DNA of 60,293 nucleotides, counting the filler, from Sphacelaria rigidula (lineage: Eukaryota): assembly GCA_964200075.2 (NCBI GenBank). It is 4 parts of 4 records of this genome, joined end to end, with 100 filler letters (N's around TTAATTAATTAA, not from the genome) between each part and the next. Parts side by side here need not be neighbours in the genome. Positions count along the whole stretch, not along the records: positions 1 to 15,001 come from CAXNAA020001952.1; 3 more parts are not named here. One strand, 5' to 3'. The translations under genes were made by a program, and so were the position numbers. Below, piece after piece: positions 1 to 13,642 of the stretch (positions are counted from its first letter, which is position 1; each line of letters opens with the position of its first letter). The notes under the pieces are model-generated. The model was not told the origin of the DNA. It saw nothing but the letters and a program-made list of their open reading frames with translations, and made no database searches.

Positions 1-75
1 CCCGGTTTCGGTTGGCAAAAACCGACCGAAAAACCGACCGAAAACCGAATTTTCGGTTTTCGGTTCACAACACTG
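1..75. mobile_element. Terminus of a DNA transposon/MITE with AACCGA subterminal repeats
   Basis: Tandem and inverted aaaaccgaccg / tcggtttt motifs end in ...ggttcacaacactg (CAGTGTTGTG on the - strand, a hAT-like TIR start). Confidence 0.5.
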
Positions 76-156
76 CTCACGTCACACAAACTCCGTCGAC
101 TGCTTTGTTTGCTCATGTTCTCACGCTTTCCACGGTGGAAATCAGACATGACGAAG

Positions 157-240
157 AAAAATCCCAACGCATCGGGAATCGAACCCCCGTTCTCTCCACC
201 CTAATGGCGACAGTCGGGCCATGACACCACCGGGGAGCGG
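157..240 (-). mobile_element. tRNA-derived SINE-like element, copy A
   Basis: On the - strand: ccccggTGGTGTCATGG (A box)...GGTTCGATTCC (B box)...T-run. Similar to 10846-10952. Confidence 0.65.
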
Positions 241-569
241 CTATTATTACTACTTTTGCTATCGAACCAAACCGGTGGATGGTTCACCAGTTTGATTGCC
301 GGGGCCGTGAATGGAAAACAAAAACGCACCATATACCCTGGACGCTCTTGCTGCCACCGTCGACATCAAAGCACGAGAGACATGGTACAACAGTATAATT
401 AATAACGGGGAGAGAACATCGATCGGTCGGAAGAACAACAACTAGTTCTGAACCACACCTGGGTAGGTTCCGATCATCTGAACCATTTACCAAATAGAAC
501 CATTTTCAAGACCTTCTTGTGCTGCAAAGGCAAGTGACCGCATTTGGAACAAAGTTGTTACTGACTGAT

Positions 570-3500
570 ATGGAGCTCGGGCCAACGCTGTCGGAGTTCT
601 ACTCCCCTACTACAACCAGCGAGCGCAAGAAGCAACTGGAGAATTCCCTGCATGCCTTCAAAGCGCTGCCCAACGCTCACAACAGCAGCCTGGAAATCAT
701 AGTTGCTACCGTGAGTCGCTCAACCGGCGAGTTTTTCCATGTTGTTTGCTGCCTGCGGCTGTCGGACGTGCTCGTCAAGGGTGTCACGCCGTTGCAAAAC
801 GCTCACTGGTTTCCATTAAAAGCTTGGCTTTATCACTTCTTGTGAACACTCCTGTTGTGATAATTTGACATCGCTCCAAGTAAAGTTGAACTGGTCGAAT
901 CTTCATATACTTCAATACTGCACTACAAACAGTAGATCACCTTGCAGCACAGAACAGTGTGGCGCAATTTATGAAGTTGCAGGATCGCGCCCACGTGCGT
1001 CTCGAGTGACCGACCATCAAATCCCCCACACCGTTGCTGTGGATTATGCTCGGTTCTGAATCTTGTATCTATCGCCAAGATGGCCTGGAGTTCAACACAA
1101 AATCGAAACTGCATCGGGCTGCAGTATCACATCGTGGCTTGCGTTTCCCCACAGAAGCTCCTGCCGATGTGGACGTGTACTATCGGAACAGTTTATACGT
1201 TCGCTTGAAGAACAAACCAGCAACAAACCGAACATGAACGCTCAATCGTTGTCAGATGACCCTCGCATGTACATTCTGCGTTGCTCTGCTTTGTGTGCTA
1301 CCCATCACAAGAGAGTCGGCGTTTCGAATAGTCCTTACACTTTTGATACTAGGGTTGGCCGAAAGGTTACCAGCTGTGACTAAACCTGGGGTTGTTTGAG
1401 TTCCTCATCCTGACGAAGTCATGTAGTGTGTGGGGTAAGGCTCGGTGTCATACGCGTAACTCCCAGGGTGACCCGAACCAAATTCAGTTTTGTTGTGTGA
1501 AACAAGTCCTGGCACTGCCATAAGATCCCGTTTGTTGAATGCCCCCGGCTGAATATTTGTAAACACTCAACTTTCGGCGGAGTGTACGCCGCAGTTACGA
1601 GAATATCGAGGTTGGGTACCCTAACCGATTATATACTTCGCAACCTACAGTAGATGCTGTATTATACCGCGAACTCCGGGGGATAACACTTCCTTCGATA
1701 CACTATTGTCCGACTGGACTTCTCCGAAGACGACGGTGCCGCTTCAGTGGTGCTCGAACTTTCTGTCGTTGAAAATATCAACTCGATATCCGTCGGTACA
1801 CGTGGTCTTGAGCTAATGTAGGGCCTTGCCCCATGCAAGCCGGGGATGACAAAAACACTCGGGGCGAGGTGGGCGGGGTAATCCGTGTAGGCCATAGTAC
1901 CACACCAAGCAGTACAGTATCGAGGGTCATCAGCACGGTGCCGGTATTGTTTGCATCAATGAGCGTTTGTGAACGACGGCAGGATCGATGTAGTACGACA
2001 GACGGAACCGAAAAAAAAATGCCGACTACAGTGTGGAGGGCTAGAAAACGTTCCAAGAGGTCTGAGCCGTGTTATCGATGAAGCCGACGCAATTACAGTT
2101 TTTTGGTTGCTTTGCTTCGTTGGACAGGAAAGCTGTGTGGTTTCGCCACCACGGCAGGGAATTCTACAGCACTGAAAGTATATGGTATATGCACATGTTG
2201 CTTACTACCATCGTTCTAGAACACGAACACGCAAGTTGGCAAGAAAAAAAATAATGTTCGATGAAAGTCGACGGTCGGCGTCATTGCCGACGCGATGCTC
2301 AATAACAACTCGCCAGGGGAGAGATGGGTTTAACCCCTTGAGACGATAGAGTCGTCCCGAGGAGAGGGCGGGAGGGGGGGGAGGGGGGGTCACGAGTACT
2401 CCTATGCAAAATGAAAAGCACGGCAGAAAACACCGCAAACACAAAAGAAGAAATGAAACCGTGAAAAACCGTGAGACATCGCGTGCGCCGCTCGGCCGTC
2501 CGGTTCCCTATGACGGAATTTTCAGGGCCAGCGCCGCGAGCAGCAAGATCTTTTTGTGCTCTACTTTTGCGGGACTGTCGTGGAATCATGCATGCGCAGA
2601 AGGTGGACAAGCATACCGCTGGAAGAGAGGCTCAACGTCAGGAAATTTCTCCTTCAAGCACGTGATCTCTGTGCATGTTGTGTTTGTTGCGTGTGTTACG
2701 TGTGTTGCGTGTGTATCTGGCGTTTTGTGTTGTGCACAGTGTTTGGTCCGGGTTGTTTTTGTACGTCATGACTAAGTACTTCCGCTGTATAACTTTTGTG
2801 TCTATGTGTGTAGGGTTGTCACCCTGGGATGAACGAATGTCAGCTCCCTGCGTGCAGTGTACTCGTTTTTTTGTTGCGCGATGTGCTCATATTGTAATTA
2901 ATATCCAGTTGTACTCTAGAAGACATTTGTCGAGCATTTTCTTACCTGTATTTTCTATACATGTCCCCCAGCATGTCAACGATTAAGTCATGTGAGGATA
3001 CATTGGATAAGCATGATACGATGGATCGTTTTCAAGGCCATTCTTGTGCGGTACCCTTGATACTAATTCGAACTCGTTGTGAATGTAGCGGCTGTTCAGT
3101 TCCGCCGTGAAATATGCGCGGTAATTTTCGTGAAAACATCCAGTCGAACATGTGCACATGAACCCGCGCTGAACGCCGACTCGACTCAGTCGTTCTTGGA
3201 TGCGTTGTGATGTCATCACGAAATAGTTCATGGATAGGTTTTGACTGCTGTAATACTCGTCGCGCCCGTTTTGCTGAGCATGGAATATGATGAGTGCTTC
3301 GAGGTGTGAAATATGTCCAGCAACTCTGACACTATCGAACGTTGACTGGGTTTTAGGATCGTACGTGTTTTTCTGCTTCTGACGAAATCAAAGCATTGCC
3401 TAAGCTTCTGCGTGCGCTTCCCGTCGGTGTTTGTCCCGCACGAACCTCCGCTCTCACCCCCAACGACTTCTGTGCGCAGTACCTGGCGACCTCGCACGAG

Positions 3501-6500
3501 TCACTGCCTCGATGGGTTTTCACCAAGCTTGGTAAGGCATTGGTGGACGTCGGCAAAACGGCTTGGCCGCACGATGACCCCAACTTCATGACGGATTTGC
3601 AGCAAATGGCGAGGTGACTTTGCGGTCAAGAAATATGCACGAAAGCATTGCATAGTGCACCGTCAGGCGACTCCAGCTTCGTGCTGTCTTCTGCAGCAAT
3701 CTATCCATACGTCTGGATACATACACATGTCGAGATGCATACAGCCGGTCTCGTGCAGGTGTAGCGTATGCGGCGGGATTTCGTGTGTGATCACTTTACG
3801 CCACAGTAGGACTCAGACGTGTCCCGCATGCGGCGAGACTTGCGTCATGATTGTTACATCATTTTAGAACGCTGAGGTAATTCAGTCCATTGCCGACCCA
3901 TTTTTTCAATTATTTGCGAAACTTCATCTTGAGCCGCGCTTTGCGCAGCACCTGGCCCGCACACCCCCATTCGCTCGCATGATATTCTTGTGGGCTGTGC
4001 GTGAGGTCCAAACCCGTAAAAGCTCCCATGCTGAATCCATGAGATTCATTGCTTCAAGGGCCTCAGTCTTCTGTATGGGGAGGTACTGTGAGTGCTGTTC
4101 TCGTTGATACGCGAGGTTCGTATCTTTCAGCAAGGGAGTGACGTATACGACGAATGATGTATGCGTTTTCAACCTGTCATATGACGGCCATAGCCCCGTG
4201 AACAAACACGGGCGAACAGCCAGCGTGGGTTACCCACTGAAGACTAACTATACAGGATTGAAAAACACACCCACAACTTGTTGGTGCCCTTTGCTCACAC
4301 CTCACTCGTACCCTGCATTTGTAATCTTACATTCGGTGGACAGTTCTTCACCGTGCGAACATGCCGGCTCAAGTCGCTCAGTTTACGGATGAAGATACAT
4401 CAACGACGGAGAATCTAAAACTCAGACCATATTTGTGGATTTCGGTCATGTTTTTCTGCCTTTTCATCTTAATTTCAGACAGCGAAACAACTCTTCTATC
4501 GAATTCTGATACGAACTTGAGGAAACTTGGGGTACCTGTTTCGCAGAGTAAAAAGTGTATATACGTTTATCCGTAGACTGAGAATTTGAGGAGGGGGGCG
4601 TACTCATTTGTTGCTTGCCTTAGTCGTTTGACCGTTGACCATTTGAGGGGGGTGTTCACATTGTCACGGGCTTTCCGTCCAAGATGAGTTTTCGGTCCCA
4701 ATCAAACAATTTTTTGGGCAAATGGCACTGCCTTCTTGTGTGTTTGCGTTGAAATGCACCCCCAATTCTGAATATGTCGCTAACGACAAAGAGTGATGAC
4801 CGAATAATCCGGCGCTAAGTCGATAAAAATTGGTACAAGGCTGGTCACAAATGGAGTAAAAGAGGCGTGAACTTTTGCAGTGGGGCTTTGCCCGCAATCA
4901 TGTCGGCTGAATTAGGGAACCGCATGGTCACATTTGATTTCTTCTCCGATACGAGGTTTCATTCCCCCCCCCGCCCGCCCGTGCGCGCGCTTGAGACCCA
5001 CCCCTCAAGCATCCATTACCAGAATAAATGATGAAAATAGTTATAGATCCCTCCCATGTTGAAGACAGATTATGTACGAGTAGCGCTGCTGGAGTTGCAT
5101 CATGACTCAGAAAGCCATAAAATATCAGAAGCACTGTGCTTACTCTAGCTATTTCCTGAGTCACATGTACTCACTCGCCTCACGTCCCTTTTGAAGTCGA
5201 TTTCGTCAGCGCCGAAGTCACCCAGCATTCGATTTTCTTTCAATCTCTGAGCGTAAGTGCAATTATTTTCTAAAAGCGTTGTTCGATGTCTTTCATTGGG
5301 CTACTTGTCCATGTAGTGGTGATATCAAGTATTCCTTCAGGCAAATAAGAAGCATACATGATATATGCGTTATTTGCCTTCCTTCCCCCCTCCCCCCGTG
5401 TCCCGTCTCCCTTTCCACCCTCCCCTACCCCGTGTCCTATCGGGCGTTGCACCCCCCGTGTTGATTCCTGCCCAGCAACCCCTCCACGCGAGTGGCGGGG
5501 CTAGAGCTTCTGTCCCTGACGTGCGAGGAGTTCGTGCGGCCTGACTCGCCGCTGCCTCATGCTCGAAAGAAGGAACTGAAGGCCAGCCTCGTGTGGGCAA
5601 TGCCAAACGTTCTACATGTCCTTGCGGAGGTGCTGTGATGTGTGTGTGTGTGCGCGCACGCGCGTTTACGTGTGTTTTGTTCCGTACAATCATCGCAGTG
5701 CCGTATGTTCGTGGCGGGGTGTTGTAAGGCGTACTACTTTACGTTAGGTCATAAATGATAACACACCCGAGTAAACAACATTTCTGCCCGGGTTTTCTCG
5801 AAGATAAAGGCGCTTACGACGGCATTAGTGACGCCGTTGTACAGATCGTGTCGAGATCTGTTCATCCATGCTCTCCCATCGAAAATATGGGGGCGTTGAA
5901 AAATACTTGCAAAACACAGCAATGGAAAAGAACGAATACAGAGGAAAGGTACGTGCCCCCCCCCCCCCGAACATGGGCCAAAGAGAGGTACAGCGGCCTC
6001 TTGAGGGGAAAAAGGCCTTGCTGGCTTTCGCTGTGGGTCCGCAAGAGCTCGGTTGGACATTTTATTGGCCGCCCGTTGAGTTGTTGAGTGCTACTTGCTA
6101 GCACGCGGAGAACGAAGAGTTCGTCTGGCAGCTGTTGACGCAGTTTCACTCGGAAGCGTGCACTGTGTCTTACCCACGCTTTAGTTTGCAGCTCAAATGT
6201 TTCGTTTTTGTAATTTTTTCGTAGTCTGCTATGTGCGATGGTGTTATCGCACGCCCCCGCTTACCCCATAAAAATCTTTATTCCAAAGTTTGGGGATCGA
6301 AAGATACTAGGTATCAGTTCCACATTCCGAAACAAAGTAATCTCTGCACTCAAAATTGAAATAGGTCACGCGCTGACCGATTTTCGGGGGTCCTGCGACT
6401 ATCCAGCCCCAGGTTCTGACTCGGAAGAATTTTTTGCTCGATTGAAGGAGTCCCGATCGTTCTCGTGAACCAATTAAAATGAATGCATTTTTATTTCTAC

Positions 6501-9500
6501 CTCTTCATTGCACCAGAGCTGAAAAACTGCGTTTTTTTGTTCAGTGACGGTCGAAAGTACCCCCCTGATGAACGAGGTACTTACTCCATATCACCCCGAC
6601 AACACCAACTGAGGATTGTGCCCGGCGTGCGACCTAAGTCTTTTCCCCTCATCTTTCGACGCTACGACTTTCGAGTGCCAAGGAAGAATATTACACGAGA
6701 AAAATTCAGAAAAGTACCCAACTACGAAAATTGCCCAACTGAGCTCTGCATAGCACAGGGGGGGGGAACCAATCCCGATCGCTTTCGTGAATAATTTTAC
6801 AAACCCTTATTTTTATAGTTTCAAGTATTCATCATACTAGAGCCGGAAAGAAACGTGTTTTGGACCAAAAACGGTCAGTAACACCCCTTCTCAACTCAGT
6901 CCGTAAGTCATTTAATATTGAACACAGAGTTGATTCTTGTTTCGGAGTGGGGAGGTGATGCCTAGCATCTCCCGATCCCCAAACTTCGGGATCAAACGTT
7001 CACTTGAACGAGCGATGGCACGCCAAAAACTATTGAAAACCATCAACGACGGATTTGTTTTTAAAAAATCCCCTATTTCAGCTGCAAACTACAAGTACGA
7101 CCTGAACGAACGGGTTAGGGTGGGACGTGCACACCACCGATGAAAGAAGATTTGTGATAGAGTGGTTCATTTCTTTGTTGATGGGTTCGATTTCGAACAG
7201 TCTTACTTATGCATACATTGCGATGCAGGCACCACGACCACTGCGCTGAATGGCGCTTCATATGGAAATGGAGGAAAATCGATCGTATGCCCTACAGTAT
7301 AAAATCAGAGTGTTTGCGCGCGAAAATAGCTGATGATTTGGAGGGCGATATGGTGTGTAGAGGACTCCAGCATCAGTACAATGAGAGCCAAGACTATGAG
7401 TCCACTATACACCGGAATTGCAAAATTGACGGATACAACAATGTCTGCACAAGCACCCCAATGCGGGCATAAAGGGGGGTATAGTAGCAGACAAGCAAGT
7501 TAATGGTACTTGCCGACATTAACAGAGACGAAAGGCCGCGCTCACGGCAGTGGCCGAAATGGGATACATCGCCACCTTGACCGAAAGCCCGTGCTGTTCA
7601 ACGCCCGCGCTTATATTTGTTTTTGGGGAATGTCGTCCAAAAAATGATTGTTGGAGCATTCAGGTTGTTGAGGGTCAACGGAAGATCAGAAGAAGGGTTC
7701 GTGTTTACGGCCATCTAAGCATCTAAACCGGCAATTTTCAAGTGTTGGCATTTTTGTTCATTATGAGATTGTCGAGGATATTCGATTTGTCCAGGAATGC
7801 GGTAGAGCAATAAGGACGAACGTGCGGCGCGTGCTGAGCCTTCTTCGCAGATGCAGTTGGTCTACTCCATTTGGTCAAAGTTCGGGTGGTTATTCCCATT
7901 TCAGTTCTTTCCCTTCGCAAGCATCACCAGAGGGTGATGTCCAGCGTAAATCACGGTATTTGTCCGAGCGGGAGCATAGTGTTTTCATATGCCCAAGATC
8001 ATCTCGCTCCTACAGAAGAGCGGCTAGCGCTGTTCTACCGGTGAAGTCTGGGTTTCGTGGGAGATATCTGGAGCGCACATATTATGGCGCTAGTTCTATA
8101 GAGTTGAGCTTCTCGTGGACACCAGATAGTTCGGAAGCTATTGGTCATGAGGGATAATCGCTCGTGGATGTTGCCTGCGGGACCGGAATTTCCAAGTATC
8201 ACGGACGTTAAGATGGTGGTCTCAACACACGTTTATCGACAACATATTTTCTTACTATTTTCATGTGTCTTCGTGGCGGATCACTGTCCGGCGCCGGCTT
8301 CGGTCTACTAGTGATGTTGACATCCGTTTCACACGTTGGATAGCTTATTTGCTACCTAAATATTACTTCTTACTCATGCACTCATCCGGGTCATAGGCTC
8401 TTACAGCCCATTTGGCCCCTGTTCCTATATTGTGTTCCCTTTTCCAAAAAAGAAAAATCAAATCCCAACCAACAACCCCAACCCCAACTACTCCCAACAA
8501 ACAATGTATAATAATTAATTAACCAGGCAGTGATCTATGGTTCCCACGTCCTCCGCGCATACATGTACTTCCATTTCTTCACTATTTCCATGCTCTACCA
8601 CTATATAGTCTAGGGAAAAAAAATGTTGAAAAAAATTGTATTTGCTTCCTACAGTGCCAGACACGGTGCACGCGGAGTAGCGCAAATATTCCGCTTTGGC
8701 TTCTCTGACCCCGCGGTCACGTGTTTTGTGCTTTTGGATCAACGGATATCGGCGTCCTCTCTGATTTGTTGTTTTAGGTAGCTCATGAGCAATCCGACGT
8801 GTGACCCGTTTGTTTTTGTTTGACTCATTTTTTATTGTTGTGTTTGATTTTTCCCTGTTTTTTATTTCGTCCCTTATCTTCCTTAGACTGCAGTTATGTT
8901 CCGCGAGTGTTTCCTGCGTATTCACGTCGAATGCATCGATCTCGTAACCACGGCTGGATTGTCAGTAGATGACCTAATGTGAGATAGTCCATCAAACCGT
9001 GTGGACCTTCATGTGCGTCCGTGTCGTTGTAGGTGGTGGCCAATGCACAGGAAGCGGCGTCGAGCGGACGCGGTGCAGCGGACGCAACGGTAGCGTCGGC
9101 GAGAGAAGCCATCCTGGCGGGTGCTCGGTGCGCTAACCGCATCGACGATAGAAATTCATGCAGATTGTATATCGAAGACTGTTTCTTGGTGTTATGTAAC
9201 CATGCATGTGCGTTGCGGGTAAATAGTGCACAATATGATCTATCACCACTGTCTCACGGGTACACACGACTGGTTTCGGAGGGGGGGAGGCGGGGGGAGG
9301 GGGGGAGCATGGGCCAGGGAGCTCGATACAGGGAGCATCGGCCCTGGAGGGGTACCGGCGCCTTAGTTTGATGTATTGGCAGAGTATATTATAATGATGC
9401 AGACGCACGCAACGCAAATATGATAATTCGATCAGCTTTGAGTAAGGATCGCGTTATGCTCAGGGACAAAAAAACTGAACTCTCGACAATGACCGCTCTC

Positions 9501-12500
9501 CCTTGAAAGTCGTTTCAGAACAGTTGTTTGGAGCGTCATTCCATACATTCCAAATAACGGAAATGATCTTTTCATTTCGCTCTGTTAGCAGCACCTTCGA
9601 TTTGCACAATATTGAGCGGTTAGGAGACACGGACATCAACATTATTTTCAGTCGGGGATGATTTCTTCTGTCCCATGTGCGCAGTGTTCATCCCTTCGTT
9701 TCACGCCACTACGACTTCTCTTGGATTCTTTTATCTTTTGTTTATCTAGCTTTGCCTTTTTGCAAGTGATCTCCTTGTTGAATACTTGATGCACCGAACA
9801 ACACATTTTTGTCCATGTAGTGTTGTCGTCCCTTCTATTCTGGACGCCAGTCTACACCTTCCGGTATATGTGGGCGCATCAGCCGGGGTCTAGTATCCTA
9901 CTATCAGTATTTTTTATCCGTGGGAGATGATATTTTTCTAACATTTGTATGTGCTCCCGAAGTTTATTCTATATGATATAGGTTTTTCACTATGATCGCA
10001 CAGTATAGGATAAGCTTCGTCGACGATAGTCAACCCGAAAAAACTAGTCGTGGCGCTCTTTTGTTTGTGTCATGTGCCGTCTGCCGCATCTCCCACCGCG
10101 AAACAGGTGCTTACTGGTTATTGTGAGCTGGGCGCCTTTGACCGAACACCTCACCATAGAGCNNNNNNNNNCACTTTTCGGTGTAATTGAGGTGGGTGAA
10201 GCAAGGGGAAACTTCAACGGTAACATACAACGTGTTAATTTCAAGCTAGGTTTGATTATGGGTCGTGATCTCTACATTTCTGTGGCCTGCGGTGTCCACG
10301 GACGTTTTAAAGCACATTTCAGGCATTACTTTTCTTTTTTTCTTCCCTTGACGGAAGGAGGAAACCCAACCCAACACTTACCCCGCAGGCGATTTGCTCA
10401 GTGTTGCTATCACCGCAAGGCGTCAGACCATGGCTAACTACATATTTACGGGGAATTGTCAGCTGCGGGTGTGTGTGTCTTGCGAAGGAACCATTACAGT
10501 CCACCTCAACCCACCTCCCCAAACCCATAGTTGAACGATACTTGCTTCTTTTGTACACTTTCATGTACGGATGGTCACGGGGATCACAGTCCTAAGAGCA
10601 CGCCCAGCGAGCTCAGCCCGGATTTTAGTTCAAATTGGTGCCACAAGCGCCGGTATGACCACTGCCAACGCGCACTTGGCCGTGGGCACTGAATGCATCC
10701 CTCTTGCCCGAGGGTTCTCGGTCAGCCTTGGGTTGGGGTAGTCATGGAGTTTGACAAAAGCGAAGCGTGTTCACTCATGGATTTCGGGAGCTGGGTTAGG
10801 GACAACCCTCCCCGAAGGGATGCAATGTGCTGGACAACCCAAGCCGCCGCGCCCCGGTGGTGTAATGGTCATGATCCACCTGATACCATTAGACCATTAA
10901 AGTGGAGGGAACGCGGGTTCGATTCCCGCGAGATGCGCTTGGCTTTTTTTTTCAAGTATCTGACATCCACGGTTTCAAGCGGGAGGACATGAGTAGACAA
11001 GAAGTGTTCGACTGAGTATGTTTGACGAGACTTGATGCAGTGCGGGAGAGCTGATGCAATCCGCTAGACCAAAATGCAAGGTGTGTATCGGGGGAAGAAT
11101 GGTTGATTCTTGGAGACCACAGACTCGCCCCGAGGAAGGGGAGGAGTTAGGAGTGTGACAAATGAAGGAAACGGCTGTGAACGCACCTGGGCAATATGGG
11201 CGAGGTTTCGGCCAGGTGTTCTTTCCAACTTGCAGTTTTTTTCGGAACGTTTGGGCTGCGCAGACTATGAACACGGCGGTGTACTTACTGTTGGTCACGG
11301 TATGTACCACCCCATGGCGAGCCTGGTCCGGCAAAAACCCGGCGTGCTCCGTCCCGGCTTTGTAGGGATGCGAGGTGAATGGTCTTAAGACTATGGCATG
11401 TATGATCATGAGTACACCCCCCATTATTTATCCTGTATTTCCGGTTATGGCCCAAGCGTGCCTCATTAATCTACAAGTTATTTCACTGTGTCTGTATTAT
11501 GTCTCCTTCTATTCTTCGTCTTGTCGTACCTTCAGCTTCCCCCATCCCCTGTTCTTGGGACGAGTCAGCCCGTAGTCACACGGGATGGATCCATCTGTCC
11601 CCCAGTGCGTTGCCTTGCCTTTTGTTATCGAGCTTTGGATCAGCATCCCCGCAGGTCGTTGGCTTGTATCGAATGTTGGTATTCCTGTTGCCTGATTTCG
11701 ACCTCATGTTTTTTGGACGACGGAAACCAGAGGCAAGGACCTGCACTGTCGAAAGGTGGACCCACACTATCTGCTGCAAGGGTCAACGCTCCTATCTTTT
11801 GACAACCGGAACGCGGTGGATAAATCGCTATTATTGGGTGATATTTCTCTTCTTCACTGCTGCATGGGATGAAACAATTGCTCAATCTCCTACCCTGTCC
11901 GCCTCCGATTGTTTTCGACTGACGGAGAACAGGCGGCAGCTCGAGGAGCAGGGGAAACAGGGCAAGCTGACGCCTCCACTCCGTCTCTCCAGGAGTGCGG
12001 TGCGACGTGTGTGGCCTGTGTCACTGAGGTGAGTCAGTTCCGAGAGGCTAGGTGCTCCAGGCGAGAGCTCGGACTTATGACATTACAGGCGTAGACTGGC
12101 ATCCAGATCAGATGAGATGAAAACACGAAATACACACACAGCGTTGTCTTCGAGCGGGGAAAAATGAGCTAATCAAGTTTCGCCTCTGTACCAGGTGGAG
12201 AGATCGGCGTAGTTTCCGACTTTCGATAGTTCGCCTATTTTGTCTGTTTTGGAAAGTGTCTAGTGTACGCTGGAAAGTGTCTAGTGTACGATTTTCCCCA
12301 GCATGTGAGCCAGGTGCATATGCCTCGATGAAAGCTCAGATAGGAGTTTTCGCTTGATAGTGACAACAATCACCCCCGAGGGGTCACGCTTCGGCGTAAC
12401 CCGCCGCGTTTTTGAAAACGCTGCACCGGCGGAGTCAAAACCAAGGCCCCTCAGCTTCACACCTATTACACTAGGGCCGTCCTGCTGTGATTTCTCGTTT

Positions 12501-13642
12501 TCCGTAGAGACAATTTACAAGAATTCACACACCATACGCGTTTATACGGAATGTATGACTGAGGGCGACAGGAACACCCAACCTACATTTTTTCGCAAAA
12601 CAGCGATGGCCACACTGCGGAAAGTTGTGTCATTACAATAAACGCATCTCGTCGAGATCTTCCGGTAGGCGGCATGTTTGTATGGCAGCACGGGGCATTA
12701 TATGTCGAGAAGATCGAAGTTGAGAGTTGCCGTACCGCCCGGGTGATATATTCCATATCCTACGGGAATGTACTGCCGTCGTTTTCCAGCGCGCCTCGAA
12801 CGTGCGTGCATATGCGGACTTGTGCGGATACCGTGTGTAACGGAGAATATCACCTGGGGTGATTTAGAGGAACTGTGGTGCCTACGCCGCCGAACGTCTT
12901 GTCGCTGAAAACATCTCGTCGAGCTTCCTCGGTAAACGGGATGTGTATGGTAGTGCCGGGCCTTACTTTGAACATGAAATCGAGGTTGGGTTTGTGATCG
13001 CTTCGTGTCATATACATATACTTGGTGGTCATGGGATCGCACAAGGTAGGCACAAGGTAGGCACAAGGTAGGCACAAGGTAGAAATGACGATGCAATCCT
13101 GACTGCTCTCGTAGCTCTTGCAGCTCTTGCAGCTCTTGCAGCCTGTAGATTGTGGATCCCTCGTAACGTGCGGTAATATCACCCGAACGGTGTCACGTCA
13201 ACTGGGAAATTGATTGTTGGAGACATCTTGGGGTACAAGTGGAGCATCGAATGGGAGTTGTCACGTATGTGCGGGTGTTCGATGGAAGTGGAAAGGCTGC
13301 GGGAGCGCTGGGCCAATGCTCGACGATAAATTGCAAGGCAGGAACCGAGGGAGAGACGGGTTAATTGTTTTTGTGTAGACTACAGACTCATCCAGGGGAG
13401 GGGATGTCCTGGGGCTTATGAGTATGTCTGTAAAATAAGACTAGGTGTTGACCTCACTGTTTTGGATGGTTTTTGCTGTCTGATTTTGCGTGCCGTGTGC
13501 TGAGCGTCGCGTCCGTCCGTGTGCGTTTGTGTCGGCATATGTTTGCACAGGTTGTTTCAAAACGCCTACTACCGCCGGGGCAGCAGGACATGATCTTGGA
13601 TATGGCAGATCACATGCTGGCGTTACTAAAGATCGTTACAAG
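570..13642 (+). CDS. XPO6: Exportin-6-like karyopherin-beta, 5' portion (3' exons lie beyond the contig end)
   Basis: Phase-consistent exons at 570-710, 2526-2657, 3480-3612, 5476-5629, 9033-9127, 10107-10191, 11933-12028 and 13551-13642. The peptides match recalled exportin-6 motifs: LPRWVFTKLGKALVDVGKTAWPHDDPNF, GLELLSLTCEEF...ARKKELK, CLLVIVSWAPLTEHLT and CVTE-VVSKRLLP. Intron 2658-3479 needs a GC donor. Nine Ns in exon 6 keep the frame. Confidence 0.85.
6157..7133. mobile_element. Non-autonomous foldback/long-TIR element in an XPO6 intron
   Basis: Imperfect inverted arms of ~230 bp. For example, aagtttggggatcgaaagatactaggtatca...tccgaaacaa (~6287-6335) pairs with ttgtttcgga...tgatgcctagcatctcccgatccccaaactt (~6937-6986), and tagtttgcagct pairs with agctgcaaacta. 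Confidence 0.7.
7740..8225 (+). pseudogene. Possible decayed tyrosine-recombinase (DIRS/Ngaro-type) fragment
   Basis: Stop- and frameshift-interrupted peptides VLAFLFIMRLSRIF, AFFADAV, KVRVVI and a terminal RWWS loosely follow the YR motif order. Weak. Confidence 0.25.
10846..10952 (+). mobile_element. tRNA-derived SINE-like element, copy B
   Basis: gccccggTGGTGTAATGG (A box), GGTTCGATTCC (B box) and a T-run terminator. No proper acceptor or anticodon stem. Confidence 0.65.
11323..11422 (+). repeat. ~100-bp dispersed repeat (CTGGTCCGGCAAAAACCCGGCGTGCTCCGTCCCGG...GAGTACACCCCCC)
   Basis: Near-identical copy at 57947-58050 and a partial copy at 57800-57858. Reverse copies at ~14492-14573 and 45143-45197. 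Degenerate copies at ~4593-4641 and ~14366-14415. Confidence 0.85.
13039..13082 (+). repeat. Tandem 10-mer (GCACAAGGTAG-type) x4
   Basis: gcacaaggtaggcacaaggtaggcacaaggtaggcacaaggtag seen directly. Confidence 0.9.

Noticed and set aside
1640..1960. LINE reverse-transcriptase remnant (also ~33120-33420)
   Set aside because: Only faint resemblance (TLDTVLLGVVLW; DISAEIR...TFRYGVV). Too degraded to support without a search.
10846..10952. Functional tRNA gene
   Set aside because: A and B boxes are present, but no acceptor stem or anticodon arm can be formed. Treated as SINE-like.
11499..11760. SHTGWIHLSPSALP as the XPO6 SWIPL exon
   Set aside because: Exon 10107-10191 (CLLVIVSWAPL) fits the motif and splice phases better.
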